From positions 1 to 30,215 of IMG/VR virus record IMGVR_UViG_3300012940_000081: a stretch of DNA of 30,215 bases. The stretch is one strand, 5' to 3'. This DNA comes from a virus. Its lineage: Duplodnaviria > Caudoviricetes. Below the pieces are notes generated by a model. The model worked only from the letters and a program-made list of their open reading frames with translations, did not search any database and was not told the DNA's origin. The position numbers were made by a program, and so were the translations under genes. Numbering within the stretch: position 1 is the first letter of the stretch; each line of letters begins with the position of its first letter. Shown one piece after another: positions 7,424 through 15,783 of this stretch.

Positions 7424-8703
7424 TGGGGTGGCTGAGTCCCCGGAACCCGTCGGAGCGGAAAGCGATCGACCTCGACGCGCTCGCCCGCATCTTCGGCGGA
7501 TCGGACGACCCGGAGTGGCCGGCGTCGTCGTTCCAGTCCCACATCCGCAACGGGTACGAGAAGAACGAGCTCGTTTACGCGTGCGTCACCGAGCGGGTGA
7601 ACGCGGTCGCGGAGGCCCCGATCCGGGCGTACGCGTCGTCCGCTTCGCGTCGTGGGCAGCCGCTCGAGAACCACCCGATCCGTCAGCTGCTCACGAACCC
7701 GAACCCGCTGATGAGCGAGACCGAGCTGTTCTCGATGATCGAGCTTCACCTGTCGCTCGCGGGGAACGCGTTCATCGAGATCGTCAGCGATCGCGCCGGA
7801 CGTCCCGTCGAATTGTGGCCGCTGCGTCCAGACCTGGTCCGCATGAAGCGGGACCGGACCGACGTGCGGTACTTCTACACCGTGGACGGGTCCCGGCGTG
7901 TGCCGGTCGATGTGATCCCGTTCCGGCTCCCGAACCCGTGGGACCCGTTCGTAGGGCAGCCGCCGATGCGTCCCGCGTTGCGGGCGACGGAGGTCGACAA
8001 CCGGGCGAACAGTTTCGTCGGGTCGCTGCTGAAGAACCACGCGATGCCGTCCGTCGTCGTCACGATGGGGCAACTCGAGGACGCGCTCGACGACGCGACC
8101 ACGACCCGGCTGAAGGCGAAGTGGAAGCAGTCGTACGGGGCGCAGAACATGGGAGAGCCCGCGTTCCTGCAGACCGGGATGGACGTGAAGACCGTCGGGT
8201 TCAACCTGCGGGACCTCGAGTTCCCCGACCTGCGGACGATCAGCGAGTCAAGGATCTGCTCGGCGTTCCAGGTTCCCCCGATCGTCGTGGGCGCCGCGGT
8301 CGGCCTGAACCGGTCGACGTTCGCGAACTACGCCGAAGCGCGCCGGTCGTTCTACGAGGAGTTCGTGACCTCGGAGAACAAGCTGATCCGTGAGGCGTTC
8401 ACCCGTCACCTGCTGCCCCGGTTCCGGGCGCAGGGGCGCGCTGACGTGATCCTCCGGCACGACTACTCCGAAGTGCTCGCGCTGCAGGAGTCGGAGGAGA
8501 AGCGGTGGACCCGCGCGACACAGGGCCTGCAGGCTGGGGGGCTCACCCTGAACGACTACCGCCGCGAGATCGGGCTGGACGAGGTCCCCGGCGGTGACGT
8601 GTTCCTGATGCCGTCCGGTGTGATCGTCACCCGTGACGTCGACGGCACCATGCAGCGCGTCGGCGACAACCCCACGACCACTGACACCGAAGGAGGGGCG
8701 TGA
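7423..8703 (+). CDS. Portal protein (HK97 family)
   Basis: VYACV...LLTNPNPLMS...LSLAGNAF...LWPLRPD...ICSAFQVPP...TFANY motifs. Confidence 0.95.
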   Translation: MGWLSPRNPSERKAIDLDALARIFGGSDDPEWPASSFQSHIRNGYEKNELVYACVTERVNAVAEAPIRAYASSASRRGQPLENHPIRQLLTNPNPLMSETELFSMIELHLSLAGNAFIEIVSDRAGRPVELWPLRPDLVRMKRDRTDVRYFYTVDGSRRVPVDVIPFRLPNPWDPFVGQPPMRPALRATEVDNRANSFVGSLLKNHAMPSVVVTMGQLEDALDDATTTRLKAKWKQSYGAQNMGEPAFLQTGMDVKTVGFNLRDLEFPDLRTISESRICSAFQVPPIVVGAAVGLNRSTFANYAEARRSFYEEFVTSENKLIREAFTRHLLPRFRAQGRADVILRHDYSEVLALQESEEKRWTRATQGLQAGGLTLNDYRREIGLDEVPGGDVFLMPSGVIVTRDVDGTMQRVGDNPTTTDTEGGA

Positions 8704-8849
8704 TGCCCGGACGACTCTCGGCGGGCGCCCGGCTCCGCTCAGGCGTATGCCCAGACGGGCATCCGATCACGATCTACGGCGGGGAGCGCAGGTGCCGCGA
8801 ATGCCGACTGCGCCGTCGCCGCGAACTGGCTTCAAGGAGGGCGGCCTGA
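8703..8849 (+). CDS. 48-aa Zn-finger protein (HNH C-terminal-domain-like)
   Basis: CPDGH...RRCREC; TGATG overlaps at both ends. Confidence 0.55.
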   Translation: MPGRLSAGARLRSGVCPDGHPITIYGGERRCRECRLRRRRELASRRAA

Positions 8850-9895
8850 TGGAACGTCTGATTCTGCCCGTCGAGTGGAAGGCCGCGGCCGACGACTCCG
8901 GGACGCTCGAGGGGTACCTGTCGACGTTCGGGAACGTCGACCTCGGATACGACGTCGTCCAAAAGGGCGCGTTCAAGAAGACGATCGCGAAGATCAAGGC
9001 CGAAGGCATCCCGCTGCTCGCCGACCACGTCGCGTCGTCCGCGTCCCTGCTCGGCACGATCATCGACGCATCTGAGGACTCGAACGGCCTCAAGATCAAG
9101 GCCCGGTTCTCGTCGGCACCGTCCGCGCAGGACGTGCGGATCAAGCTCCTCGAGGGTCACCTGAAGACGATGTCGATGGGGTACGAGGCGACGAAGTACC
9201 GGTACGAGGAGCGCGACGGGAAGACCGTGCGGCTGCTCGATGAGGTGAAGCTGTGGGAGGGGTCGGTCGTCGTCTTCCCGATGAACCCGGAGGCGGTGGT
9301 GTCGCGGGTGAAGTCGCTCGCGGACACGCTCGACGGACGCACGCGCGCGACGCTCGCCGCCGAGCTCGCTGAGAAGGCGACCGCGAACGAGACCCGCGAC
9401 CAGCTGGACTCGCTCGTCCGCGACGCGTACGGCGCCGACGGCGTCGACGTGTGGATCCGCGACTGGGACGAGTCGAAGGTGTGGTTCACGGTCATGTCCG
9501 CCGACGACGTGAGCACCTACGAGCAGGCGTACGAGACGACCGAAGACGGGTACTCGCTCACGGGCGACCGCGTCAAGGTCCGCCCCGTCACCTCCTACGT
9601 CCCCGACACGAAGACGGCGACGATCACAGACCCCCCGAAGACCGGGGAGCAGCCGACCGACGAGGCCGGTGAAGGCGCATCCGACGAGGGTGTGCACGAG
9701 CAGGCGGGCGACGAGCCCGCCGGTGGCGCGACTGACGAAGGCGCGCATTGGGACCACTGGGCCAGCGAGGCGATCCTCAACGGCACCGATCCCGACGCAA
9801 CAGCGGACCCCGCCACCGTGGCAGGACTCCGCACCCTTCTGGAGCTCAACGAGGCCGCACTCGGTCTCGGCTCCACCGAAACAGACAAGGAGTGA
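8849..9895 (+). CDS. Prohead protease (HK97 family) with C-terminal extension
   Basis: EGYLSTFGNVD...GAF...LLADH...MSMGY...LWEGSVVVFPMNPEA; AAGGAGG RBS. Confidence 0.92.
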   Translation: MERLILPVEWKAAADDSGTLEGYLSTFGNVDLGYDVVQKGAFKKTIAKIKAEGIPLLADHVASSASLLGTIIDASEDSNGLKIKARFSSAPSAQDVRIKLLEGHLKTMSMGYEATKYRYEERDGKTVRLLDEVKLWEGSVVVFPMNPEAVVSRVKSLADTLDGRTRATLAAELAEKATANETRDQLDSLVRDAYGADGVDVWIRDWDESKVWFTVMSADDVSTYEQAYETTEDGYSLTGDRVKVRPVTSYVPDTKTATITDPPKTGEQPTDEAGEGASDEGVHEQAGDEPAGGATDEGAHWDHWASEAILNGTDPDATADPATVAGLRTLLELNEAALGLGSTETDKE

Positions 9896-9900
9896 CCGAA

Positions 9901-11130
9901 ATGGCACACCCGCTTCTGGAGCGCGCCGCCCAGCACACCGCACAGGCCCGCGCGATCAACGACGAGTTCGAAGGCAAGGCCATGCCGGCCGAAGCCGCGA
10001 ACCAGATGAAGCAGCACCTCGCGAAGGCGGCCGAGTACCGTCAGCGCGTCGAGGCTGAGGCCGAGCTCAAGGCACACGAGGCCTGGATCGCGGAGCCGCA
10101 GTACAAGCACGACATGGTCGGCGGGCAGAGCGTCGCCGACTCGTTCGGGCACGGCGACATCATGCTCGAGTCGGAGCGGAAGGAGATGGAGCGCAAGGCG
10201 TTCCACACCTTCATCCGCCACGGCCTCGACGCGCTGTCGCGTGAGGAGAAGGCCGCGCTCGTGGAGGACTCCACGTCGGGCGGTCAGAACCTCGTCCCGA
10301 CCGACTTCGCCGGCACCATCGTCAAGGACTACGCGCGACTCGCGGTCATCCGCAACCTCGCGTTCGTCCGCCCGACGTCGGTGAACAAGGTCGACGTCGG
10401 TTCCGTCACGATCGCGGCCGGCGGCTGGGGCAAGCTCGAGCTGGCCGGTTCGACCACGACCGACGGTCTCGCCGACGACCCGAACGCTGGCAAGCAGACG
10501 ATCGAGGTGCACGACCTCACCGCGCTCGTCAAGCTCGGTGTCGACGAGCTCGAGGACGCGGACACGGTCGAGGCGATCATCCGTGAGGCGCTCGCGCAGA
10601 AGTTCGCCGAGCAGGAGGACGACGCGTTCGCGTTCGGCTCCGGCACGGGCCAGCCGACCGGCATCGCGACCGGGTCGACGATCACCCAGAAGGTGACCGC
10701 CGGCTCCGCCGACACCCTCGTCGGCGACGACATCATCAAGCTGCAGTACGCGGTGCCCCAGTGGGCGACGCGGAACGCGGTGTACCTCGGCAACGGTTCG
10801 GTCGCGCAGGCCGCGTCGCTGCTGAAGGACTCGAACGGCGCGTACCTGTGGCGTGAGTCGCTGCGTGCCGGTGAGCCCGCCACCCTGGCCGGCTACCCGT
10901 TCCACCGGGTCGACGGTCTCCCGGCGATCACCGCTTCGACGGGCGCGATCAACACGAGCCTCGTGTTCGGTGACGTCCGTCAGGGCTACATGATCGCCGA
11001 CCGTGCGGGCATCACCGTGCAGCGTCTCGTCGAGCGGTACGCGGACGAGGGCAAGATCGGCCTGCTGTTCCGCAAGCGCGTCGGCGGCGGCGTGATCCGC
11101 CCGAAGGCGTTCTCGGCGCTCATCATCTGA
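9901..11130 (+). CDS. Major capsid protein (HK97 fold)
   Basis: GGQNLVP...EDDAFAFGSGTGQPTGI...LKDSNGAYLW...LAGYP...VFGD...AF motifs; AAGGAG RBS. Confidence 0.95.
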   Translation: MAHPLLERAAQHTAQARAINDEFEGKAMPAEAANQMKQHLAKAAEYRQRVEAEAELKAHEAWIAEPQYKHDMVGGQSVADSFGHGDIMLESERKEMERKAFHTFIRHGLDALSREEKAALVEDSTSGGQNLVPTDFAGTIVKDYARLAVIRNLAFVRPTSVNKVDVGSVTIAAGGWGKLELAGSTTTDGLADDPNAGKQTIEVHDLTALVKLGVDELEDADTVEAIIREALAQKFAEQEDDAFAFGSGTGQPTGIATGSTITQKVTAGSADTLVGDDIIKLQYAVPQWATRNAVYLGNGSVAQAASLLKDSNGAYLWRESLRAGEPATLAGYPFHRVDGLPAITASTGAINTSLVFGDVRQGYMIADRAGITVQRLVERYADEGKIGLLFRKRVGGGVIRPKAFSALII

Positions 11131-11139
11131 GCCCCCGCC

Positions 11140-11172
11140 GCGCCGCCCCCAGGCGACCCCTGGGGGCGGCGC
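11140..11172 (+). terminator. GC-rich hairpin after the capsid gene (terminator or mRNA stabiliser)
   Basis: 14-bp stem GCGCCGCCCCCAGG/CCTGGGGGCGGCGC; no U-tract. Confidence 0.55.
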
Positions 11173-11213
11173 ACCCGACCACAACACCACACCGACACCC
11201 CTGGGAGGGGATC

Positions 11214-11492
11214 ATGCCGAAGGTCCGCATCCTCGCCGCGTTCGTAGACGCGCGTGAGCACTTCCGCTCGTACGTGCCTGGCGACATCGTCGAGCTCCCG
11301 CAGGAGAAGGCCGAGGCGCTCGCGGCCAGTGGTCACGTCGAGATCATCCAGGAGCACCCTGCGAAGCGGCGGCAGACGAAGGTCAAGGCCGCGCCCGAGA
11401 CGAAGGCCACGTTCAAGGCCGAGCAGTTCGACGAGGACGGGAACAGCCTGGGGTACACCGACCCGCTGCCGGGGGCACCCCTTGCCGGGTGA
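11214..11492 (+). CDS. Small capsid-adjacent protein
   Basis: GGGAGG RBS; YVPGDIVELPQEKAEALAASGHVE pattern resembles small post-capsid genes. Confidence 0.75.
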   Translation: MPKVRILAAFVDAREHFRSYVPGDIVELPQEKAEALAASGHVEIIQEHPAKRRQTKVKAAPETKATFKAEQFDEDGNSLGYTDPLPGAPLAG

Positions 11493-12252
11493 CGCCCCGA
11501 TCGGTGACGTCGCGGTCGCGTGGGTGCACGGCGACCAGGTCGACGCATCGTTCTTCCACTCGTTCATCGCCGCGCAGATGCATGACGTGCTCGAGGGTGG
11601 GCTCCGCATCGGCCGCACCATCCCCGCCCGGTGCGCGTCCGGCGGGCTCGTGAAGGCCCGCAACAACGTCGTCGCCGCGTTCCTGAAGGGTGACGAGCAG
11701 TGGCTGTGGTGGGTCGACACGGACATGGGGTTCGCGGCCGACAGCCTGCACGCGCTCCTCACCCTCGCCGACCCCACCGAGCGGCCGATCGTCGGTGGGC
11801 TGTGCTTCGCGCAGATGGAACGCGAGCACGACGGTTTCGGCGGGTTCATCACCGAACCGATCCCCACCCTGTACAAGTGGGCCGAGCTCGGCGACGGGGT
11901 CCGCGGGTTCGTGTCGTGGCGGGACTACCCGCGGAACACGATGTGCGAGGTGAACGCGACCGGGTCCGCGTTCCTGCTCATACACCGGTCCGTGTTCGAG
12001 AAGATCCGGGACCGGTTCGGCGACACCTGGTACGACCAGCTGCCCGCCCCAGACAAGGTCGGGTTGCTCGGTGAGGACCTGTCGTTCTGCGTGAAGGCGC
12101 GTCGCGCCGGGTGCCCGATCTGGGTGCACACCGGGATCCGCACCACCCACCGCAAGCCCCGCTGGCTCGGTGAGGACGACTACCTGCACCCTGACGACTT
12201 CGCCGCGCTGAAGGAGGAAGCCGATGCAGATCCAGCTCAGCGACCTGTATAA
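11482..12252 (+). CDS. Glycosyltransferase (GT-A fold, GT2-like); start uncertain
   Basis: ARNNVV...WLWWVDTDMGF (DxD)...IVGGL...ATGSAFLLIHRSVFEKI...GEDLSFC...H. Confidence 0.85.
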   Translation: MPGDAPIGDVAVAWVHGDQVDASFFHSFIAAQMHDVLEGGLRIGRTIPARCASGGLVKARNNVVAAFLKGDEQWLWWVDTDMGFAADSLHALLTLADPTERPIVGGLCFAQMEREHDGFGGFITEPIPTLYKWAELGDGVRGFVSWRDYPRNTMCEVNATGSAFLLIHRSVFEKIRDRFGDTWYDQLPAPDKVGLLGEDLSFCVKARRAGCPIWVHTGIRTTHRKPRWLGEDDYLHPDDFAALKEEADADPAQRPV

Positions 12253-12718
12253 CCTCCCCGGCGCGCCGTTCGCCGCAGCGCACGTCGACGCGGTCGCCGC
12301 GAAGTTCGAACGCCTGCTCGGCTGGCACGTGGCCCCGTCGAAGACGGAGACCGTCGAGGTCCGCGTCCCGGTCGTCACCCGGCACCTGATCCTCCCGTCC
12401 CGGTACGTGACCGCCGTCAACGCGGTCCGGTACGCGGGCGGCGGTGAGGTCACAGGGTGGGAGCTCACCAGCAAGCGGGGCGCGATGCTCGAAGGGACCT
12501 GGTACCCCGGCACGTACGAGATCGACCTCGTGCACGGGTACGAGAAGGTGCCCGCGGACCTGCTCGCGGAGATCGCGCGCGCGTGCGTCGAGTTCCGCAC
12601 CGACCCGACCCTCGCGTCGTGGTCGTCCGGCCCGTTCTCCGCGTCGCTGCGCGCACCCGGACAGGGCTCCGGGCCGTCCGCGACGTTCTACGCCTACACC
12701 GCCGAGACGGTGATCTGA
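12224..12718 (+). CDS. Head-to-tail adaptor
   Basis: Synteny; GWHVAP...LILPS...HGYEKVPADL motif; AGGAGG RBS. Confidence 0.75.
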   Translation: MQIQLSDLYNLPGAPFAAAHVDAVAAKFERLLGWHVAPSKTETVEVRVPVVTRHLILPSRYVTAVNAVRYAGGGEVTGWELTSKRGAMLEGTWYPGTYEIDLVHGYEKVPADLLAEIARACVEFRTDPTLASWSSGPFSASLRAPGQGSGPSATFYAYTAETVI

Positions 12719-13038
12719 TGCGACTCCCCGCCCAGTTCCTCCCGCACCGCGTCATCGCGACGCCCCTCGAGGGTGCCGGCGGAATGGGGAAGACCTACGG
12801 GGACCCGTGCGAGATCCCCGCGCTCGTCGAGGACGGGAACCGCATGGTCCGCAACGCGGACGGTGAGGAGGTCGTGTCGACCGCGCAGGTGCACTGCGAC
12901 TTCGCGTGGCACGTCCCGGTCGGGTCGATCGTGACGATCTGGCCCGACACCGCCCGGGAGCGGGACGCGGAGGTCATCTCGGTCGGCGGGTCCGACCACC
13001 CTTCCGTGCCCGGACATCAGACGCTCGCGCTCACCTGA
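12718..13038 (+). CDS. Head-to-tail stopper / head closure protein
   Basis: Synteny; RMVRNADGEEVVS motif. Confidence 0.7.
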   Translation: MRLPAQFLPHRVIATPLEGAGGMGKTYGDPCEIPALVEDGNRMVRNADGEEVVSTAQVHCDFAWHVPVGSIVTIWPDTARERDAEVISVGGSDHPSVPGHQTLALT

Positions 13039-13050
13039 GAGGGGCCCATC

Positions 13051-13371
13051 GTGAAGATGCACGCACCGATCCTGACGCTCGTGGAGAAGGCGGCGCAGGA
13101 CGGGCTCAAGGAGGCCGGGAAGCAGACCCTGAAACGAGCCCGCGACCTGTCCCCGACGCTCACCGGCGAGTCCGACAAGTCCGGGTTCGTGGCCGTCGAC
13201 GACCTGACCGTGCAGGTCGGATTCACGTCGCTGGTGTCGAGGATCCAGCACGAGAACCTCGACTACGAGCACCCCAACGGCGAGCAGCCGAAGTTCCTCG
13301 AGGCAGCCGCCCAGCAGGTCGACGTCGAAGCGATCGTCGCGGCCGCCGCCAGGCAGGTGCTCGGTGGATGA
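13051..13371 (+). CDS. Neck / tail completion protein
   Basis: PTLTGE...QHENLDYEHPNGEQPKFLE; synteny. Confidence 0.65.
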   Translation: MKMHAPILTLVEKAAQDGLKEAGKQTLKRARDLSPTLTGESDKSGFVAVDDLTVQVGFTSLVSRIQHENLDYEHPNGEQPKFLEAAAQQVDVEAIVAAAARQVLGG

Positions 13372-13780
13372 CGCGACCCTGACCCTGCGGGTCATCGAAG
13401 CGCTCGCGACGATCCCCGGCTGGACGTGGAGCACCAGCCAGTACCCCGCCGGTGCGACAGCGATCTTCTACGGGTCCATCCCGGAAGGCACCTACAAGGC
13501 CGCGATCGGTGTGCGCGTGTACGCGTCCACCGACGACAACGTGCAAGCCCTGCACACCCGCAGCGTGCAGCTGCGGTTCCGGGGCGAGAAGGGGAAGAAG
13601 AACGGCGCCGACAAGCTCGCGCACCCCGCGTTCCTCACCCTCACCAGACTCTCCCGCGAGGGAGGGATCAGCGGCGTCAGCCGCATGTCATCGGCACCCC
13701 TCGGCGCCGACGAGAACGGTCGCGAGGAGCGCACCGACAACTATCTCATCACCCTCGACAACACGGAGGCATCATCATGA
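13364..13780 (+). CDS. Tail terminator protein
   Basis: VQLRFRG...PLGADENGREERTDNY; directly before the major tail gene. Confidence 0.7.
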   Translation: MDDATLTLRVIEALATIPGWTWSTSQYPAGATAIFYGSIPEGTYKAAIGVRVYASTDDNVQALHTRSVQLRFRGEKGKKNGADKLAHPAFLTLTRLSREGGISGVSRMSSAPLGADENGREERTDNYLITLDNTEASS

Positions 13781-14535
13781 CCGTCACGCTCCCCGCCGGC
13801 TACACGCTCGGCAAGAGCTTCGAGTACGGGCTGGACGTGAACCTCGGCACCAGCGAGTCGCCGAACTGGCAGCCGGTGCGCCGCATCAGCGGGTTCCAGC
13901 CCACCCCCACCCCGACCACGCAGGACGCGCAGACGTACGACGACCTGGGCGCGCAGAACCAGGACGTCACCGGCTGGTCGTGGACGCTCGCGTTCAACGT
14001 GCAGGTGAACCGTTCCGTCAGCACGGGCCTGTACCTGCCGGAGATCGAGGCGCTGCTCGCCCGCACCCGACCCTCCGCGAAGGGCGGTGACGCTGTCATC
14101 GAGGTCCGCTGGTACCACAAGCCGGAGTCCGGTGAACCGAACCCGACCGACGCCGGGCAGGGCATCGCGACCGTCGCGTACACGCGGCAGAACACCGGCC
14201 CGAACGGGGAGATCGAGGTGCTGTCGGTGACCCTCACCGGGAAGGGACCGTACACGGAGATCGCGAACCCGTTCGCCGGGTGGGGTGTCACCGAGCCGGT
14301 CATCTCCGGTGTGGTCGAGACCGCCGCGGGCGACGGCGACCTGTTCACGATCCACGGCACCGGGTTCCTCGGCGCGACGGCCGTCACGGTCGACAGCACC
14401 CCGGCCGAGTTCACCGTCATCGACGGTGCGACGATCATCGCGATCATGCCGGTCGGTGACGCCGGGTCGGTGCCGATCGTGGTGACCACTCCCGGCGGGT
14501 CGTCCGATCCGTTCGCGTACACGCGGGGAAGCTGA
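13777..14535 (+). CDS. Major tail (tube) protein with C-terminal IPT/TIG Ig-like domain
   Basis: Synteny; C-terminus PVISGV...TIHGTGFLGATAVTV...VVTTPGGSS...FAY. Confidence 0.88.
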   Translation: MTVTLPAGYTLGKSFEYGLDVNLGTSESPNWQPVRRISGFQPTPTPTTQDAQTYDDLGAQNQDVTGWSWTLAFNVQVNRSVSTGLYLPEIEALLARTRPSAKGGDAVIEVRWYHKPESGEPNPTDAGQGIATVAYTRQNTGPNGEIEVLSVTLTGKGPYTEIANPFAGWGVTEPVISGVVETAAGDGDLFTIHGTGFLGATAVTVDSTPAEFTVIDGATIIAIMPVGDAGSVPIVVTTPGGSSDPFAYTRGS

Positions 14536-14546
14536 TCGGGCCGTCC

Positions 14547-15056
14547 ATGCACGAGGTGTGGGTGCCGGTAGAAGGGTTCGAATCGGCCTATGAGGTATCC
14601 GATCAGGGGAGGGTCCGCTCGCTGCTTACCGGGCGGACCCTCCGCCCCAGCAAAAGGGGCCGCTACCACGGTGTCACGCTCAGGCGAGACGGCGCATCTC
14701 ACTCGGTGTACATCCATCATCTGGTCGCGGCCGCGTTCCTCGGTGCTCGCCCGGCTGGCATGGACATATGCCATGGCCCAGGTGGGCGCTTCGACAATCG
14801 AGCCGTGAATCTCCGCTACGACACGCATCACGCGAACATGCGAGATTCGCTGCTGCAGGGAACTCACCGCAGTTTGACGCTCACGCACTGCACACGGGGA
14901 CACGCCCTCACCGCGGAGAACACGTACACGTTGAGATCTGCCGCGGGTGACGGAGGGGTGAAGATCCGGAGGCGTTGCCGGACATGCCTCAAGATGAAGA
15001 GCGCCCGCGACTATCAGGTGTGGAAGCGGCGTCACAGGGGGGTTGGCATCGCATGA
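14547..15056 (+). CDS. NUMOD4-HNH homing endonuclease
   Basis: EVWVPVEGFESAYEVSDQGRVRS (NUMOD4), IHHLVAAAFLG...DICH...DNRAVNLRY (HNH), CTRGH...RRCRTC. Confidence 0.9.
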   Translation: MHEVWVPVEGFESAYEVSDQGRVRSLLTGRTLRPSKRGRYHGVTLRRDGASHSVYIHHLVAAAFLGARPAGMDICHGPGGRFDNRAVNLRYDTHHANMRDSLLQGTHRSLTLTHCTRGHALTAENTYTLRSAAGDGGVKIRRRCRTCLKMKSARDYQVWKRRHRGVGIA

Positions 15057-15457
15057 CCGCTGTCGCCTTCGAGGAGTGGGCGGCGTCCGACCTCACTCTG
15101 ACGTTCGGGGGTCGCACCTACACGGTGCGGCCCCCGACCGTCGAGGCGGCGAAGCAGATCCTCGCGGCCGCGGTCCGCGGCGAGGTGCGGTTCGGGCTCG
15201 TGAAGGGGCCGGTCCCCGACGAGGTGCAGCGGGTGCTCGACACGATCGGGGACTCTCACCCCGGCCTCGGGGATGACGTGTACCAGCAGATGGTCGCCGA
15301 CGGGGTGCCGTCGCCGACGATCGACCGGATGTCGGTGTACAGCGTGTTCTATTGGGCGCGCGGCAAGGAGTACGCCGACGCGCTCGCGACGATCCTGTGG
15401 ACCCCTCGGGAGATCCCGGAGGAAGCGGGTGAGTCGGCGGGCCCAAAAGGCTCGTGA
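15053..15457 (+). CDS. Tail assembly chaperone
   Basis: Between major tail and tape measure genes; ends in a slippery site. Confidence 0.8.
   Translation: MTAVAFEEWAASDLTLTFGGRTYTVRPPTVEAAKQILAAAVRGEVRFGLVKGPVPDEVQRVLDTIGDSHPGLGDDVYQQMVADGVPSPTIDRMSVYSVFYWARGKEYADALATILWTPREIPEEAGESAGPKGS
15442..15448 (+). promoter_or_regulatory. -1 programmed frameshift heptamer C CCA AAA
   Basis: XXXYYYZ in register with the chaperone frame; the -1 frame continues RLVTAEDWAPY to 15780. Confidence 0.8.
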
Positions 15458-15780
15458 CGGCCGAAGACTGGGCGCCGTACGGCATCGGGGAGCCCGACGC
15501 GGACGGCTGGTACCCGGACTATCGGCCGGTCCCGGAGCACCTGAAGCCCACCGCGCCCGCCGCGCCGGATACCCCGGAGGGGAAGAAGCCGGCCGAGATC
15601 GACGGGTCCATCCTCGCGCTCGTCACGAACTGGCGGCTCGTGGTCGCCGAGCTCATCGAACGCGGCATCGACCTGTATGACCCGGCCGTGCTCGCCCGCC
15701 CGTGGCCCGGTGTGCGTGCCGCGATCTTCTCACTGCTCGACTCACCCACCCGGCTCCGCGCCGTCCTCACCCGGAGGTGA
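15454..15780 (+). CDS. Tail assembly chaperone, frameshifted extension (GT-type)
   Basis: In the -1 frame relative to the chaperone; ends 3 nt before the tape measure start. Confidence 0.75.
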   Translation: MTAEDWAPYGIGEPDADGWYPDYRPVPEHLKPTAPAAPDTPEGKKPAEIDGSILALVTNWRLVVAELIERGIDLYDPAVLARPWPGVRAAIFSLLDSPTRLRAVLTRR

Positions 15781-15783
15781 CCC

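Noticed and set aside
572-8849. ssrA-like ends on other ORFs (HEGAA, WNEAA, RRAA)
   Set aside because: These follow from the overlapping GGAG/GAGG RBS and GC-rich spacer of the next gene, so they are weak evidence for degradation tags
11254-11481. Upstream extension of the glycosyltransferase ORF shown in the ORF track
   Set aside because: Arg/Ser-rich off-frame reading that overlaps the well-supported 11214-11492 gene
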